From positions 1 to 45,313 of IMG/VR virus record IMGVR_UViG_3300032253_000004: a DNA stretch of 45,313 bases; one strand, 5' to 3'. Origin of the DNA: a virus. Taxonomy: Duplodnaviria; Caudoviricetes. Made by a program: the position numbers and the translations under genes. The first letter of the stretch is position 1; each line of letters opens with the position of its first letter. The notes beneath the pieces were generated by a model. That model made no database searches. It was not told where the DNA came from and saw only the letters and a program-made list of their open reading frames with translations. Below, in pieces: positions 18,266 to 28,323 of this stretch.

Positions 18266-21200
18266 TGTGCGCGCGGCCGTCCAGCCGCCAACCCTGCGCG
18301 ATGCCTATATGGTCTCGACGTGCCGGCGGCCCCTGGTCGGTGTGTCGGACGTCGATTATGCGCCGGTCGGGCGCAGCGTCGCGCAACTGGTTGAGGACAA
18401 TCTTGACCCGGTTCTGGCGCAAGTCGCTGTCGTGCGGGTCGACGGGATTGAAATTGCGCGCGGCGACTGGGCACGGACGCTGCCGGCAGAAGGCGCTCTG
18501 GTCGAAATCGGCGTGCGTCCGGCGGACACGGGCGGCGAGGGCGGGTCGGATCCGCTACGCCTGATCCTGTCGATCGCCCTGGTCGCGCTAACGGTTTGGA
18601 TCGGCGGTGGCGCGCTGGCGATCGGTGGTCTGTTTGGCGCCGGATCTGTGTCTGGGGCCTTACTGGCCGCTGGCGCGTCCATCATTGGCGGCTATGCCAT
18701 CAACGCCATCGCGCCCCCGCCCCAGGGCAGTGTCAACGGCGTTAATGGCCTGAACGCTTCGCCGACCTGGTATCTGCAGGCAGCCCGTAACCGCATTCTG
18801 CTCGGTCAGCCCGTGCCCAAAGTGCTTGGCAAACGGCGCATGGTGCCGCCACTGGGCGCGATATATTCGACCGAAACGCGCGGCGATGAAATCTGGTTGC
18901 GTTTTCTTTTGTGCTGGGGCGTTGGCCCGATCGCGATCTCCGATCTGAAAACCGGCGACACGCCGCTGGATAATCTCGATGGTGTCGAGATTGAACACGC
19001 GCTTGGGTTTCCTGACGACATACCGCTGACTCTGTATCCGCGCGCGCTTCACGAAGACGATGTCGGTACGGTGTTGACACAATCGGGCGGCGCGGTCCGC
19101 GCGGTGACCCATGCCGACGCGGCGGAAATCTCTATCGATGTCGATTTTGGCCAAGGCCTGGTCGACATAGATCTGACGAGCGGTGATAAGCGTGCGCGGA
19201 CCGTTCTTTTTTCGGTGCGCTATGCCCAGGCCGATTCCGGCGGCGATCCAATTGGCGACTGGTATACCATCCGCCCCAATGTTGACGGGGCAAATTCCAC
19301 GGCTGTCGGCCTTGGCGGCGAACGCCTTAATCTCGGTGATTTCGGGATCACGATCGATGACTGGTATGACGGCCTCAATCCCGCCCATCCTGGCGCCCAG
19401 GACGGCAATTGGTCGATAACCCGGGCCGACATCAAGCCCTTTCGCGCCAACACGCGATGGGCCGTGCCGGTCGCCGAACATGGCTATGTTGTCGAGATTA
19501 CGCGCGTGACGGCCGATGCGGATTCCGACAGCGGTATTCGCGACACCGCCAAATGGTCGATCCTGCGCTCGATCGAAGCCAATCCCCCCGTTTTGATAGA
19601 CAATATAGCCCTGACCGCCGGCGTTGTCCGCGCGTCGGAAAACTTCAACGGCGTGCTGGACGATTTGAATGGGATCGTAGAGTCCGTCGTCGATCGCTTC
19701 AACGGAACGGGCTGGCCCGGTGACAATAAGGGCGTTTCGCGCAATCCGGCTGATCTGTTTATCGAGGTTGCGACCGGCACGGCCAATGCACGTCCACAAG
19801 GCGGATCACGCCTGAAATGGAACAAGCTGGCCTCCTGGTGGAGTTTCTGCGACACCAATGATCTGAAATGCGATCACATCGTCGATTATCCCACGACGGT
19901 TGATGAGGTGTTGCGCCTGGTCGCATCGACCGGCCGGGCCGGGCCGTTCTGGGATGGGCCGCAATTATCGATCGCGATCGATGCGGAAAAGCCGATCCGC
20001 CAGGCCATCTCCGGTCGCTCCTGCAGGTCCTATCGCGGGCGCTTGTCATTCCCAGGCGCGCTTCACGCTATCCGAATCCCGTTCAATAATGAGGATGAGG
20101 GCTATATGCCCGACGAGCGCATCATTTATGCGCCGGGATATAACGCGGCCAATGCCACCAATATTGAGACGGTCGAACTGCCCGGGAAGGTCCGCCCGGA
20201 TGAGATCTTTACCGAGGGTGTGTTTCATCTTCTCTCGGCCCTGGCGCAGGGTGGTGAGGCTCATGAGATCGAGGTCGACGCGGATATTCCCGGCGTCACG
20301 CTCGGTGAGCGCTTCCTGTTCAGTCATGATGTGCCGCTGGCCGGGTCGCGTGCCGGTCGTGTCCGCGCGGTCGAGATTGATGGGTCGGGCGATGTCACAG
20401 CGATTTCCCTTGATGAAGTCGTGGAAATGGAATCCGGCGAGAGCTATGGAATTCGCTGGAAATCCGTCATTCAGGATCCGGATGAGGATCCGGGCGACGA
20501 CGCGGCCGTCTATGAAATCGCGGACTCGCTGACCGTTTCGACGGTCGTCGGCCATTCAAAACGGATCGCGCTTCCAACACCGACGGATCCGGCCGATGCG
20601 CCGGCGGTAGGCGATGAAGTCTTTTTCGGAGAGCTGTTTAACGAAACGCTCGATCTGTTGGTCCTGCATCGCGACACGGTCGGCGATGATGGCATGCGCA
20701 TTGTCGGCGTACCGTATGCCGAAAGCCGCCTGGCCGATGCCGGAGCACCGCCATCGTTTAGCTCCACGGTCATCCGTGGATATCGGCCCAATCCCCCCAC
20801 GCCCATCTTTGTTGACGCGGCGGCCAGTTCAACGGGTCTGGCGCTCGATTTCCGCTATCCGTCGACGGCGGAAAACCCGGCCATCCGCACATTGGTGTCC
20901 TGGCGAGAATCGCCACCGATCGGCGCGGACGTCGCTTACACGCCCTTGCCCCCGATTGAGGCGGCGTCGCGCCAGGTGGTTATCCCTCTGGCCGATCCAA
21001 CCCGCGACATCGATGTCCAGCTGATCGCAGTCGGCGAAGACGGAAAGCTGTCCACGCCCCTGGTCAAAGCGGCGCTGTCGCCGGCGGCGTTCATTCCTGA
21101 CCCCCATAATCTGGCCGTTGCCAAATATGCTTTCGTCGATGCCAATGATGTAGGCATGCCCGGATTTCTCGTGACGGCGGATGCCAATACCGATCCGCTT

Positions 21201-22823
21201 ATGGCGACAATGGACATCGAGATCGCGCCAACCGGTACCGGGGTGTGGGCGGATGCCGGATCAACGGCGGCGTCCAATCCGCGCAAGGAGATTCGCGGAA
21301 TTGAACCACTCGGTCGGTATGATTTCCGCGCGCGCTTTCGAACCGTGCGGGGCGATCCGTCCGATTGGGTTACAGTTAGCGATGTCCAGGCCGACGAGAT
21401 TTTCATGTCAAGCGACACCCGCAATGTCGGAGGGCGCACTGCGGCCGAAATATTCGACGACTTCGAAAGCCTCTCTGACGCTGTGTTCCGGCAGGGTGCC
21501 GGATGGTCTTCTGTTCAGCGTTATCTCGAAACGCTTGGTTATCTCGACGGCGAGCCTGTCGGTGTCGCCATCGTCAACGAGGAAGCAGCCCGGATCACTG
21601 CTGATGCGGTCGAGGCTTCGGCGCGGCTGGTTCTGGCTGGTGAGGTTGACGACAACGCCGCCGCGATTATCGACGAGGTTGCACTTCGGGTTTCCGGCGA
21701 TGCTGCCGAGGCGGCGGCGCGCCTGGCGCTGACTACGGAAGTAGACGACCAGAACGCTATCTTCATTAGTGATATAAACCTTCTGTCTACCGCCTCCGAT
21801 TCCTACGGAGACTATTTCACTCTGTTAGGCGCGGAAAATGGCGGCGGCACGGCGTGGGTCATAAACGAAGACACGGTTGAATCCGGCTCTCGCGGCACGA
21901 TGGCGACCATCTTTGATGGCCTGTCTGTGACAACGGGAGATCACACCACAAGCATATCACTGCTGTTCTCCGCGATTGGCGATCAGGAGGCGCGGGCAGC
22001 GCTGGAAGTGAATGTCGATGGCGTGATCACCGGTATTGAAATAGATGGCTATACACAAGAATTCATCATCAGCGCAGCCGCGTTCAAGATGCAGTCCCTC
22101 ACCGCAGAGGGCGATGAGTGGAACCCGATCACTATAGACGGCACGTCTGGTAAAGCGGTGTTCGGCGAAACTGTCGAAATCTATCCGGCTGAAAGCCTGA
22201 TGCGCTTTATTGGGTCGCTCGGCGTATTTTCGGTCGGGTCCGGTTTTGGGTCGGACGAACTCGTCATGTGGTTCGGCGACGAAGTCTCCGCTGGCGCTGA
22301 GACCAAAGCCAATGCGACCATGTGGTCAGACGGCAAGAATGCTTATTACGACGGCGCGATTGCAGCCCGCTATGTCTACCAAGCAGCCAGTGACTTCACA
22401 GAGACCGATCCGGCACCGTCCTACACGACAAGCTATGCGGAATGGGCTGAAGTCACCGTATCGGACCTTGAGCCTGATGGTGTGATTTTCGTGCAGGCGC
22501 GTTTTACGGCGGTCAATACCACGTCGCCCTACATCGACACGCTCGGCCAGTGGAAGATCACCGCGCAACGCGATGGGGGTGGCAGTGAGGTCACGCTGTA
22601 TGAGTCGAAATTCGCAGCGGTCACGGATTACATTTCGATTGAAACCGTCGACACAGTTGAGCCCCGTCCGGTTTTCGCCGGAGGGCAATTCGTCAACCCG
22701 TTTGATGATGCCGATCTACCCGATGATGTGATTATCCGGCTCTACTTGCGCCGCGTCGACGACGAACCCGGTCTGACAATTCTTCCTGGAATCGAGGCGC
22801 TGAACGCCGTCCGAACTCGCTAA
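18252..22823 (+). CDS. Tail tip/host specificity protein (gpI+gpJ-like)
   Basis: About 1520 aa; gpI-like N-terminus with GQPVPKVLG; SRNPAD; FN3-like segments; coiled-coil; divergent C-terminus. Confidence 0.88.
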   Translation: MSPIDVRAAVQPPTLRDAYMVSTCRRPLVGVSDVDYAPVGRSVAQLVEDNLDPVLAQVAVVRVDGIEIARGDWARTLPAEGALVEIGVRPADTGGEGGSDPLRLILSIALVALTVWIGGGALAIGGLFGAGSVSGALLAAGASIIGGYAINAIAPPPQGSVNGVNGLNASPTWYLQAARNRILLGQPVPKVLGKRRMVPPLGAIYSTETRGDEIWLRFLLCWGVGPIAISDLKTGDTPLDNLDGVEIEHALGFPDDIPLTLYPRALHEDDVGTVLTQSGGAVRAVTHADAAEISIDVDFGQGLVDIDLTSGDKRARTVLFSVRYAQADSGGDPIGDWYTIRPNVDGANSTAVGLGGERLNLGDFGITIDDWYDGLNPAHPGAQDGNWSITRADIKPFRANTRWAVPVAEHGYVVEITRVTADADSDSGIRDTAKWSILRSIEANPPVLIDNIALTAGVVRASENFNGVLDDLNGIVESVVDRFNGTGWPGDNKGVSRNPADLFIEVATGTANARPQGGSRLKWNKLASWWSFCDTNDLKCDHIVDYPTTVDEVLRLVASTGRAGPFWDGPQLSIAIDAEKPIRQAISGRSCRSYRGRLSFPGALHAIRIPFNNEDEGYMPDERIIYAPGYNAANATNIETVELPGKVRPDEIFTEGVFHLLSALAQGGEAHEIEVDADIPGVTLGERFLFSHDVPLAGSRAGRVRAVEIDGSGDVTAISLDEVVEMESGESYGIRWKSVIQDPDEDPGDDAAVYEIADSLTVSTVVGHSKRIALPTPTDPADAPAVGDEVFFGELFNETLDLLVLHRDTVGDDGMRIVGVPYAESRLADAGAPPSFSSTVIRGYRPNPPTPIFVDAAASSTGLALDFRYPSTAENPAIRTLVSWRESPPIGADVAYTPLPPIEAASRQVVIPLADPTRDIDVQLIAVGEDGKLSTPLVKAALSPAAFIPDPHNLAVAKYAFVDANDVGMPGFLVTADANTDPLMATMDIEIAPTGTGVWADAGSTAASNPRKEIRGIEPLGRYDFRARFRTVRGDPSDWVTVSDVQADEIFMSSDTRNVGGRTAAEIFDDFESLSDAVFRQGAGWSSVQRYLETLGYLDGEPVGVAIVNEEAARITADAVEASARLVLAGEVDDNAAAIIDEVALRVSGDAAEAAARLALTTEVDDQNAIFISDINLLSTASDSYGDYFTLLGAENGGGTAWVINEDTVESGSRGTMATIFDGLSVTTGDHTTSISLLFSAIGDQEARAALEVNVDGVITGIEIDGYTQEFIISAAAFKMQSLTAEGDEWNPITIDGTSGKAVFGETVEIYPAESLMRFIGSLGVFSVGSGFGSDELVMWFGDEVSAGAETKANATMWSDGKNAYYDGAIAARYVYQAASDFTETDPAPSYTTSYAEWAEVTVSDLEPDGVIFVQARFTAVNTTSPYIDTLGQWKITAQRDGGGSEVTLYESKFAAVTDYISIETVDTVEPRPVFAGGQFVNPFDDADLPDDVIIRLYLRRVDDEPGLTILPGIEALNAVRTR

Positions 22824-22844
22824 CGAATGCTGAAAGGAACCTCA

Positions 22845-23054
22845 ATGCCAAGCAAGAAGAAAACAGTCGATCCGATGATTGCGGCGCGTGATGCGCTGAC
22901 CGGCGACACGCTGAATTTGAAAGCCATCGAGGCTGCTCGCCAAGGGCTCGACACGACCGACAAGAAGCAGGCCCGCGCGCACATTGTGCTGGGTAACATT
23001 CTGTCCGTCACGGATTCCGCTCGCGCTGTGTGCGGCGTAAAGGCTGAATCATGA
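22845..23054 (+). CDS. Hypothetical protein
   Basis: AAAGGA RBS; coupled to the next gene. Confidence 0.6.
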   Translation: MPSKKKTVDPMIAARDALTGDTLNLKAIEAARQGLDTTDKKQARAHIVLGNILSVTDSARAVCGVKAES

Positions 23055-23254
23055 CCGCGCCGAAGGCCAAAGCCAAAGCCGCCAAGGCCGAGGCTGAATC
23101 CAATCCGGTTCAAAGCTGGAAGATCAAAGAATTGGCGCTGTTGGCCGAGCGCGCCCGGATTGATGAGCGCCGTGAGGCGATCAATCACGAAATTGATCTG
23201 ACGCGCGCCCGGATCGCCGGGGCCGAGGCTGTCACCCAAACACCGAAGGAGTAA
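23051..23254 (+). CDS. Hypothetical coiled-coil protein
   Basis: ATGA overlap; 67 aa. Confidence 0.6.
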   Translation: MTAPKAKAKAAKAEAESNPVQSWKIKELALLAERARIDERREAINHEIDLTRARIAGAEAVTQTPKE

Positions 23255-23260
23255 GCTGCA

Positions 23261-25219
23261 ATGGCGCTGACCAATGAAGAGTTCCTAACGGCCATTGCGC
23301 CGATTCAGGATGACTTTCAAACTGGGGCCATCGATCAAGCCGCGTTCATCGCGGCTGCTCTGCCGCTCTACAATGAATTCGTCCAAGGCGGCGCGAGTGT
23401 TGCCACGGCCGCACGCCTCAGCGCTGAAGCCATCACCGCGCTTAACACATTTTTACGTGAATTCATCGACGTGTTTGCGGGCGCAGTGGACGGCGGACCC
23501 GGTGGTGATGGGCTTTATCCGGTAACAGATGCGGCGGGCAATAACTACTCCTTCCCGAGTCTCGCTCGGTTGATAGCTGATTTTGCGGGCATGACCCCGA
23601 AGGGTTCGGTCGCGGACGTGGAAAGCCTGCCGTCCGAAGGGAATAAAACTGGGGATTTCTACACTGTTGCAGGCGTGGGCGATGCGCCAAACCGGCTTTA
23701 CGGATGGAACGGGTCAACCTGGGTCGATCTCGGCGTCTATCAGGGTGAAAAGGGCGATGCGGCCACAATTGCCGTTGGTGCAGTCGCGACAGGCAATCCC
23801 GGAACGGATGCCGAAGTCACGAATTCCGGCAACGAAAACGAGGCCGTTTTTCATTTCACTATCCCGCGCGGGGACGCTGGTGCGGCAGCCACAATCGCGG
23901 TTGGCGACGTCACGACCAGCGAGCCGGGAAGCGATGCGACGGTTGAAAACAGCGGATCATCATCAGAGGCGGTTTTTGATTTTGAAATCCCGCAGGGCGA
24001 CAAGGGTGAGCAGGGTGACGGGCTGCAACTTGATGCAACAGGCACCTTCGCGGGGCGCGACACCTATGACGCAGAGGCGGTGGGCTTCGTTTACCTGTCT
24101 ACGAATGGCGAGGACGGCGGCGGCGGTCCTGCCGTTCTTTACGTGCGCGAGGGCGCAAGCGGCAACTGGTCAGCCGCCATTCCGTTTCAGGGCGATGCGG
24201 GCCGCGAAGTCGAGCTGCAATCGACGCCGACGCACATGCAATGGCGATATGTCGGTGATCCGAGTTGGACAAATTTATTTGAGATTCAGGGTGACGCCAT
24301 TTCCCCATTGGGCGAGGTAGCATTTTTTGCCGTCGCGCCCACTGGTGATTGGATTGAGGCCAACGGTCAGGCGTTAGAAACCGGCGAGGGTGGCTCACTT
24401 CGCCAGACCCTGATCGACGCCAGCTATCCGTTCGGCCAGTCCGGCAGCGATCCCAAGGTGCCGGACGTTGGAGGCAGGGTCATTGCGGGCAAGGAGGCGA
24501 CCGCCACTCGCCTGAAACCCACTGGCATCGACGGCACCGTGACCAGTGCCGACGGCGCGACGGTCGGGGCGACCGGCGGCGCGGATCGCCGCGCGATATC
24601 AAGAACGGGAGATAGAAGCCCTGCCGCAACCGGGGCCAATATAGAAATCACCACCTTTATTGACGGCATCGGCGTCGAACCTGGGAATGGTATTTTCACT
24701 GCCGCGCGCCAGTCTTCCAACGTCCAGCCGACCATCATCCTGCACGCCTATATCCGCACCGAACCGCTCTATGCGGCACCTGTAGGACCGCAAGGCGATA
24801 GTGCGTTCACGGTCGCTGTCGATGAAGGTTTTGTCGGCAATAAGACGGCATGGCTGGCGTCGCTAGTTGGCGAGCCTGGACCTCCTGGAGCCGCTGGCTT
24901 CGCGCAGGCTGAATCGGCACTACGTACGGCCAACTTCACCGCTACAGCAGGCAAGGTGGAGCCGTGCGACACGACGGGCGGTGCCTTCACTGTGACTCTA
25001 CCTGCAAGCCCCTCTAGCGGTGCGTTGTGCCGATTCATCGACGCGACATGGAATTTTGCTACAACGGCTTTGACGTTTGATCGAAATGGCGAGCCTATCA
25101 ACGGCGTGGCCGATGATTTTGAAGCGGACGTCAACGGCGTCGAGATCACCTTCACCTATATCAACGCAAGCCGGGGCTGGAATGTCACTGCCTCTGCGCC
25201 ATTGGCGGAGGCAGCATAA
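23261..25219 (+). CDS. Tail fibre protein with collagen-like and collar domains
   Basis: GxKGD triplets, two 42-aa repeats, collar-like PLGEVAFFA..WIEANGQ..VPDVGGR, C-terminal 'DTTGGAFTVTLPASP' fibre module. Confidence 0.8.
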   Translation: MALTNEEFLTAIAPIQDDFQTGAIDQAAFIAAALPLYNEFVQGGASVATAARLSAEAITALNTFLREFIDVFAGAVDGGPGGDGLYPVTDAAGNNYSFPSLARLIADFAGMTPKGSVADVESLPSEGNKTGDFYTVAGVGDAPNRLYGWNGSTWVDLGVYQGEKGDAATIAVGAVATGNPGTDAEVTNSGNENEAVFHFTIPRGDAGAAATIAVGDVTTSEPGSDATVENSGSSSEAVFDFEIPQGDKGEQGDGLQLDATGTFAGRDTYDAEAVGFVYLSTNGEDGGGGPAVLYVREGASGNWSAAIPFQGDAGREVELQSTPTHMQWRYVGDPSWTNLFEIQGDAISPLGEVAFFAVAPTGDWIEANGQALETGEGGSLRQTLIDASYPFGQSGSDPKVPDVGGRVIAGKEATATRLKPTGIDGTVTSADGATVGATGGADRRAISRTGDRSPAATGANIEITTFIDGIGVEPGNGIFTAARQSSNVQPTIILHAYIRTEPLYAAPVGPQGDSAFTVAVDEGFVGNKTAWLASLVGEPGPPGAAGFAQAESALRTANFTATAGKVEPCDTTGGAFTVTLPASPSSGALCRFIDATWNFATTALTFDRNGEPINGVADDFEADVNGVEITFTYINASRGWNVTASAPLAEAA

Positions 25220-26577
25220 TGGCAATCAAACTCTCCGATCTCATCCAACTTGGCAGCGGCGACGGGCTCACCCTCGCGACTGAACAGACAATCGCCTTCA
25301 CGGCGTCGGCCAATACCGTTTATCCGGTGTCTGGTGGCGTGACCGTCACGCTCAGCCCAGCCATTGCAGAGGGCGCATGGGTGATCTTGCTCGACCCTGA
25401 CACCGAATGGCCCGCGTCAAAGGTCACGGTGTCTGGCGACGGCGAAGCCTTTGACGGCGTGGTCAATGACCTGGAATTGACTGGAGCGGCTATCGGTGCG
25501 GCGTTCAAACGCACGGCAACGGGATGGGACGCCTACGCGCAGGAATCGGCTACTCCGTATCTCAAGAAGGTCGCTGCGACGCTCGGAATGGCATTCGCGC
25601 TAGGCGCGCCAGCACCCAAGGCGACAAAGAGGGCGGTCGGTGCAATCGAACTGGTTACAGCGACGGGCGCACCGATTCCGCAACGGTCTGGGGCTGCATC
25701 AGGCAGCATAGACCTGGTCAACGCGCTCGGCTCGCCAGCACCGAAAGCATCGGCGCAAGCCAGTGGTGGAATCAGTACAGTGTTTGCGATCCCGATGATC
25801 AGTATGAATACGGTTGATCCCGATGCGCAGGCAATCATTGACGCAGTCGTGTCCGGGATCACCAGCGCGCAGGAGGCAAAGATCGTCACCTTCGTCGACG
25901 GCATGAAGTCAGATGAAATTTGGGATGAGATGGATCGAATTTGGGTCACTTACGCCAAAGACGAACAAATGGCGAAGATTGACTGGAAGGCACCATCCGT
26001 ATCAGGCCGCGCATTAGTAGCATACAACTCACCAACCTTCACTGCGTGGCAGGACTATAAAGGCGATGGTTCGACTGCATACCTCGATACTCAATTTGAT
26101 CCGGCAGATGACGGCGTGAATTACACGCAAAACGATTGCTCCATAATTATCGGATCGACGCAAAGGTCCACAGCGGCAAGATCATTGGTCAGCGCATATG
26201 ATTCGGCGGGAACGTATCGAACTAGAATCGCAACGTGGCCGGTTGGGACCGATAATGCCCGAGCGTACCTCAATTCAGCAGGGCGCGTCGACCTCGCCAA
26301 CGTCGTGCCAATTGGCTTGATCGCGGGAAACCGCACAGCTTCGAACGCCATTGAAGCTTTTGTTGATGGTGTATCTATCAACACTGACACAGATGCATCG
26401 GGCGGACTGCTGGACGAGTCCTTATATATTCTGGCGCAGAACCAAAGTTTTGGTGGAGCCGCTTCGGCAGGGGATCATTCGGACGGCGCGTTCGATATTT
26501 GTATGGTTGGCGCGTCGATGCCGGAAGCCAAACACGCTGATCTTACAACCCTGTTTGAAGCTTATAAGGCGGCATGA
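25219..26577 (+). CDS. Second fibre/receptor-binding-like protein
   Basis: N-terminal module similar to the C-terminus of the upstream fibre; about 21-aa repeats; beta-rich C-terminus (KGDGSTAYLDT). Confidence 0.65.
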   Translation: MAIKLSDLIQLGSGDGLTLATEQTIAFTASANTVYPVSGGVTVTLSPAIAEGAWVILLDPDTEWPASKVTVSGDGEAFDGVVNDLELTGAAIGAAFKRTATGWDAYAQESATPYLKKVAATLGMAFALGAPAPKATKRAVGAIELVTATGAPIPQRSGAASGSIDLVNALGSPAPKASAQASGGISTVFAIPMISMNTVDPDAQAIIDAVVSGITSAQEAKIVTFVDGMKSDEIWDEMDRIWVTYAKDEQMAKIDWKAPSVSGRALVAYNSPTFTAWQDYKGDGSTAYLDTQFDPADDGVNYTQNDCSIIIGSTQRSTAARSLVSAYDSAGTYRTRIATWPVGTDNARAYLNSAGRVDLANVVPIGLIAGNRTASNAIEAFVDGVSINTDTDASGGLLDESLYILAQNQSFGGAASAGDHSDGAFDICMVGASMPEAKHADLTTLFEAYKAA

Positions 26578-26849
26578 TGACCAGATTTATAACCATGAAC
26601 AAAGCGCAAGCAGCGGCGATCCGAGGCAAGACTTCCGATACCACAGGTCTCGATCCAATTCCGCTCGATGACGGTGAAACCTACATCTTGCCGATCCGCG
26701 TCCTTGCCGACAACAAGCACCTGATCAAGCGATCACTGCTGGAACGCCACTCGGTTCGTCAGGTTGCTAAACGAGAATTCCGCAAATCCGAAATTGAGCG
26801 CGAGATAGAGCGCGAGGAAATCAAATCCAAACCCCATAAAGGAGAATGA
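26574..26849 (+). CDS. Hypothetical protein (possible fibre chaperone)
   Basis: Coupled ORF, 91 aa, follows the fibre gene. Confidence 0.55.
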   Translation: MMTRFITMNKAQAAAIRGKTSDTTGLDPIPLDDGETYILPIRVLADNKHLIKRSLLERHSVRQVAKREFRKSEIEREIEREEIKSKPHKGE

Positions 26850-27550
26850 GCATGGGCGTTTTAACTGAAACTGGCCGTCACGCGGTCCTCGATCAAATTG
26901 AAGGGCTCGGCTGGTATTACGTGCCATTCGAAGCCGACACCTCCGTTCTGACCTTTGGCGGGGCTGGCTCGGCTGATGAAACCATCGTCATTGGTGCCAA
27001 AACCTACACGCTGAAAGCATCGCCATCGTCTGCCGATGAAATCGACATCGGATCTGATGCCGTCGAGACTGCTGGCAATCTGGTTGCTGCCATCAATGGT
27101 GCATCAGGCGAAGGCACCAAATACGGCACCGGCACGGTCGCCAACGCTGATGTGATCGCGGTCGCGGGCGATGGCGCTGCGGTAATCGTATTCATGCGTG
27201 ACCCAACAGCTTCCGGTCTGGCTGTTTCTGAAACTTCGGCGGTGGCCAGTTGGTCAGTGGCAACCATGGCCGGTGACGGCGAGGTGTCGAGTGATACCGA
27301 TGAGGGACGTCAGGCCGTCAATGCCACACTCGGCGCTGCATCGGCTGGCGCTTTGGCTAATGACGCGGCGATTACTTGGACGGCCTCGGCGGCGTTGAAT
27401 GCCACGCACGTCCTGCTGAACGATGCTGCCAGTGCCGGTAACACGGTCGGCTGGGCGATGTTGTCAGTACGCCAGGTATTGGCGGCAGCGGACGACACAT
27501 TCGAACTCGCAATTGGTGCCTTCACACTCACCGGTTCAGATCCAGCTTAA
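26846..27550 (+). CDS. Virion structural protein (collar/fibre-attachment-like) with inserted domain
   Basis: GEVS..GRQAV..ANDAAITW..THVLLNDAASAGN pattern; Ala/Gly/Thr-rich. Confidence 0.6.
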   Translation: MSMGVLTETGRHAVLDQIEGLGWYYVPFEADTSVLTFGGAGSADETIVIGAKTYTLKASPSSADEIDIGSDAVETAGNLVAAINGASGEGTKYGTGTVANADVIAVAGDGAAVIVFMRDPTASGLAVSETSAVASWSVATMAGDGEVSSDTDEGRQAVNATLGAASAGALANDAAITWTASAALNATHVLLNDAASAGNTVGWAMLSVRQVLAAADDTFELAIGAFTLTGSDPA

Positions 27551-27557
27551 GGCGGTG

Positions 27558-27842
27558 ATGTTCAAAATCATCGCGGCGGTGGCGCTAGCGCAAGCGTCGC
27601 CGCACTGGTCGCCGCCATCCGAGCCTTTGCCGGACCCGGCACCTGCGCCGAATATCTGCCATCTGATGCCGTGGTCGCGCGATTGCGATGCGGCTGACGG
27701 TCATTGGGACACATGCCCGGATGCGCCCTATCCCGAAATGTGTGATCCGAATGTGGTCACGGTGATCGAGAATCCCGACGGCTCTTTCCGGTTTTGCCCC
27801 GGCGGACCGGAATGGCTTGAGTGCGTGTTCGGGCAAGGTTGA
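27558..27842 (+). CDS. Small Cys/Pro-rich protein with three C-x8-C loops
   Basis: ATG 27558; hydrophobic N-terminus; 94 aa; followed by a terminator. Confidence 0.55.
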   Translation: MFKIIAAVALAQASPHWSPPSEPLPDPAPAPNICHLMPWSRDCDAADGHWDTCPDAPYPEMCDPNVVTVIENPDGSFRFCPGGPEWLECVFGQG

Positions 27843-27866
27843 TCTCAAACGTCATTGTCCTCAATC

Positions 27867-27889
27867 GCCCGCCTCGTGCGGGTTTTTTT
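27867..27889 (+). terminator. Intrinsic terminator
   Basis: GCCCGC-CTCGT-GCGGGT followed by a T-run. Confidence 0.8.
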
Positions 27890-27912
27890 ATGCCTGAAAT
27901 GGAGTTTTGGCG

Positions 27913-28323
27913 ATGCCCCAACGTATCTCCCCTGAATTGCTGTCGGCAATTCTCGAAGGCGCCGGCGCGATTCTAGCCGGCGTCATGGGCGTGCTGGTCG
28001 TACGCATGTATCCGAGCAAACAGGTCAATCCGGTGAGCCTGTGGGCGGCGGTCCTGATCGGTGCGGTTGTGACCTATTATTTCGGCCCCGCCCTGGCCGA
28101 ATTGTTGCCCGACGCCATCAAGTCGGACAAGTCGGTGGCAGGGGTCAATTTTCTGGTCGGCGTTCTGTCGCTGGCGCTGGTCGGTGGACTAATCGGATTT
28201 GGCGACAAATACACGCCGCGCCTCATGGATCGGCTGGGCTTGTCGCTTCTCGATCGTGTTGGTCGGGGTGCTCCGCCTGCGCCACCAACGCCGCCGCAAG
28301 GAGGTGATAATGACCCGTCTTGA
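27913..28323 (+). CDS. Putative holin (3 TM)
   Basis: Three hydrophobic segments, charged C-terminus; first gene of the lysis region. Confidence 0.65.
   Translation: MPQRISPELLSAILEGAGAILAGVMGVLVVRMYPSKQVNPVSLWAAVLIGAVVTYYFGPALAELLPDAIKSDKSVAGVNFLVGVLSLALVGGLIGFGDKYTPRLMDRLGLSLLDRVGRGAPPAPPTPPQGGDNDPS

Noticed and set aside
18252-27550. Diversity-generating retroelement or invertible fibre cassette
   Set aside because: No reverse transcriptase or invertase gene, and I saw no TR/VR pair; the repeats present are in-frame protein repeats
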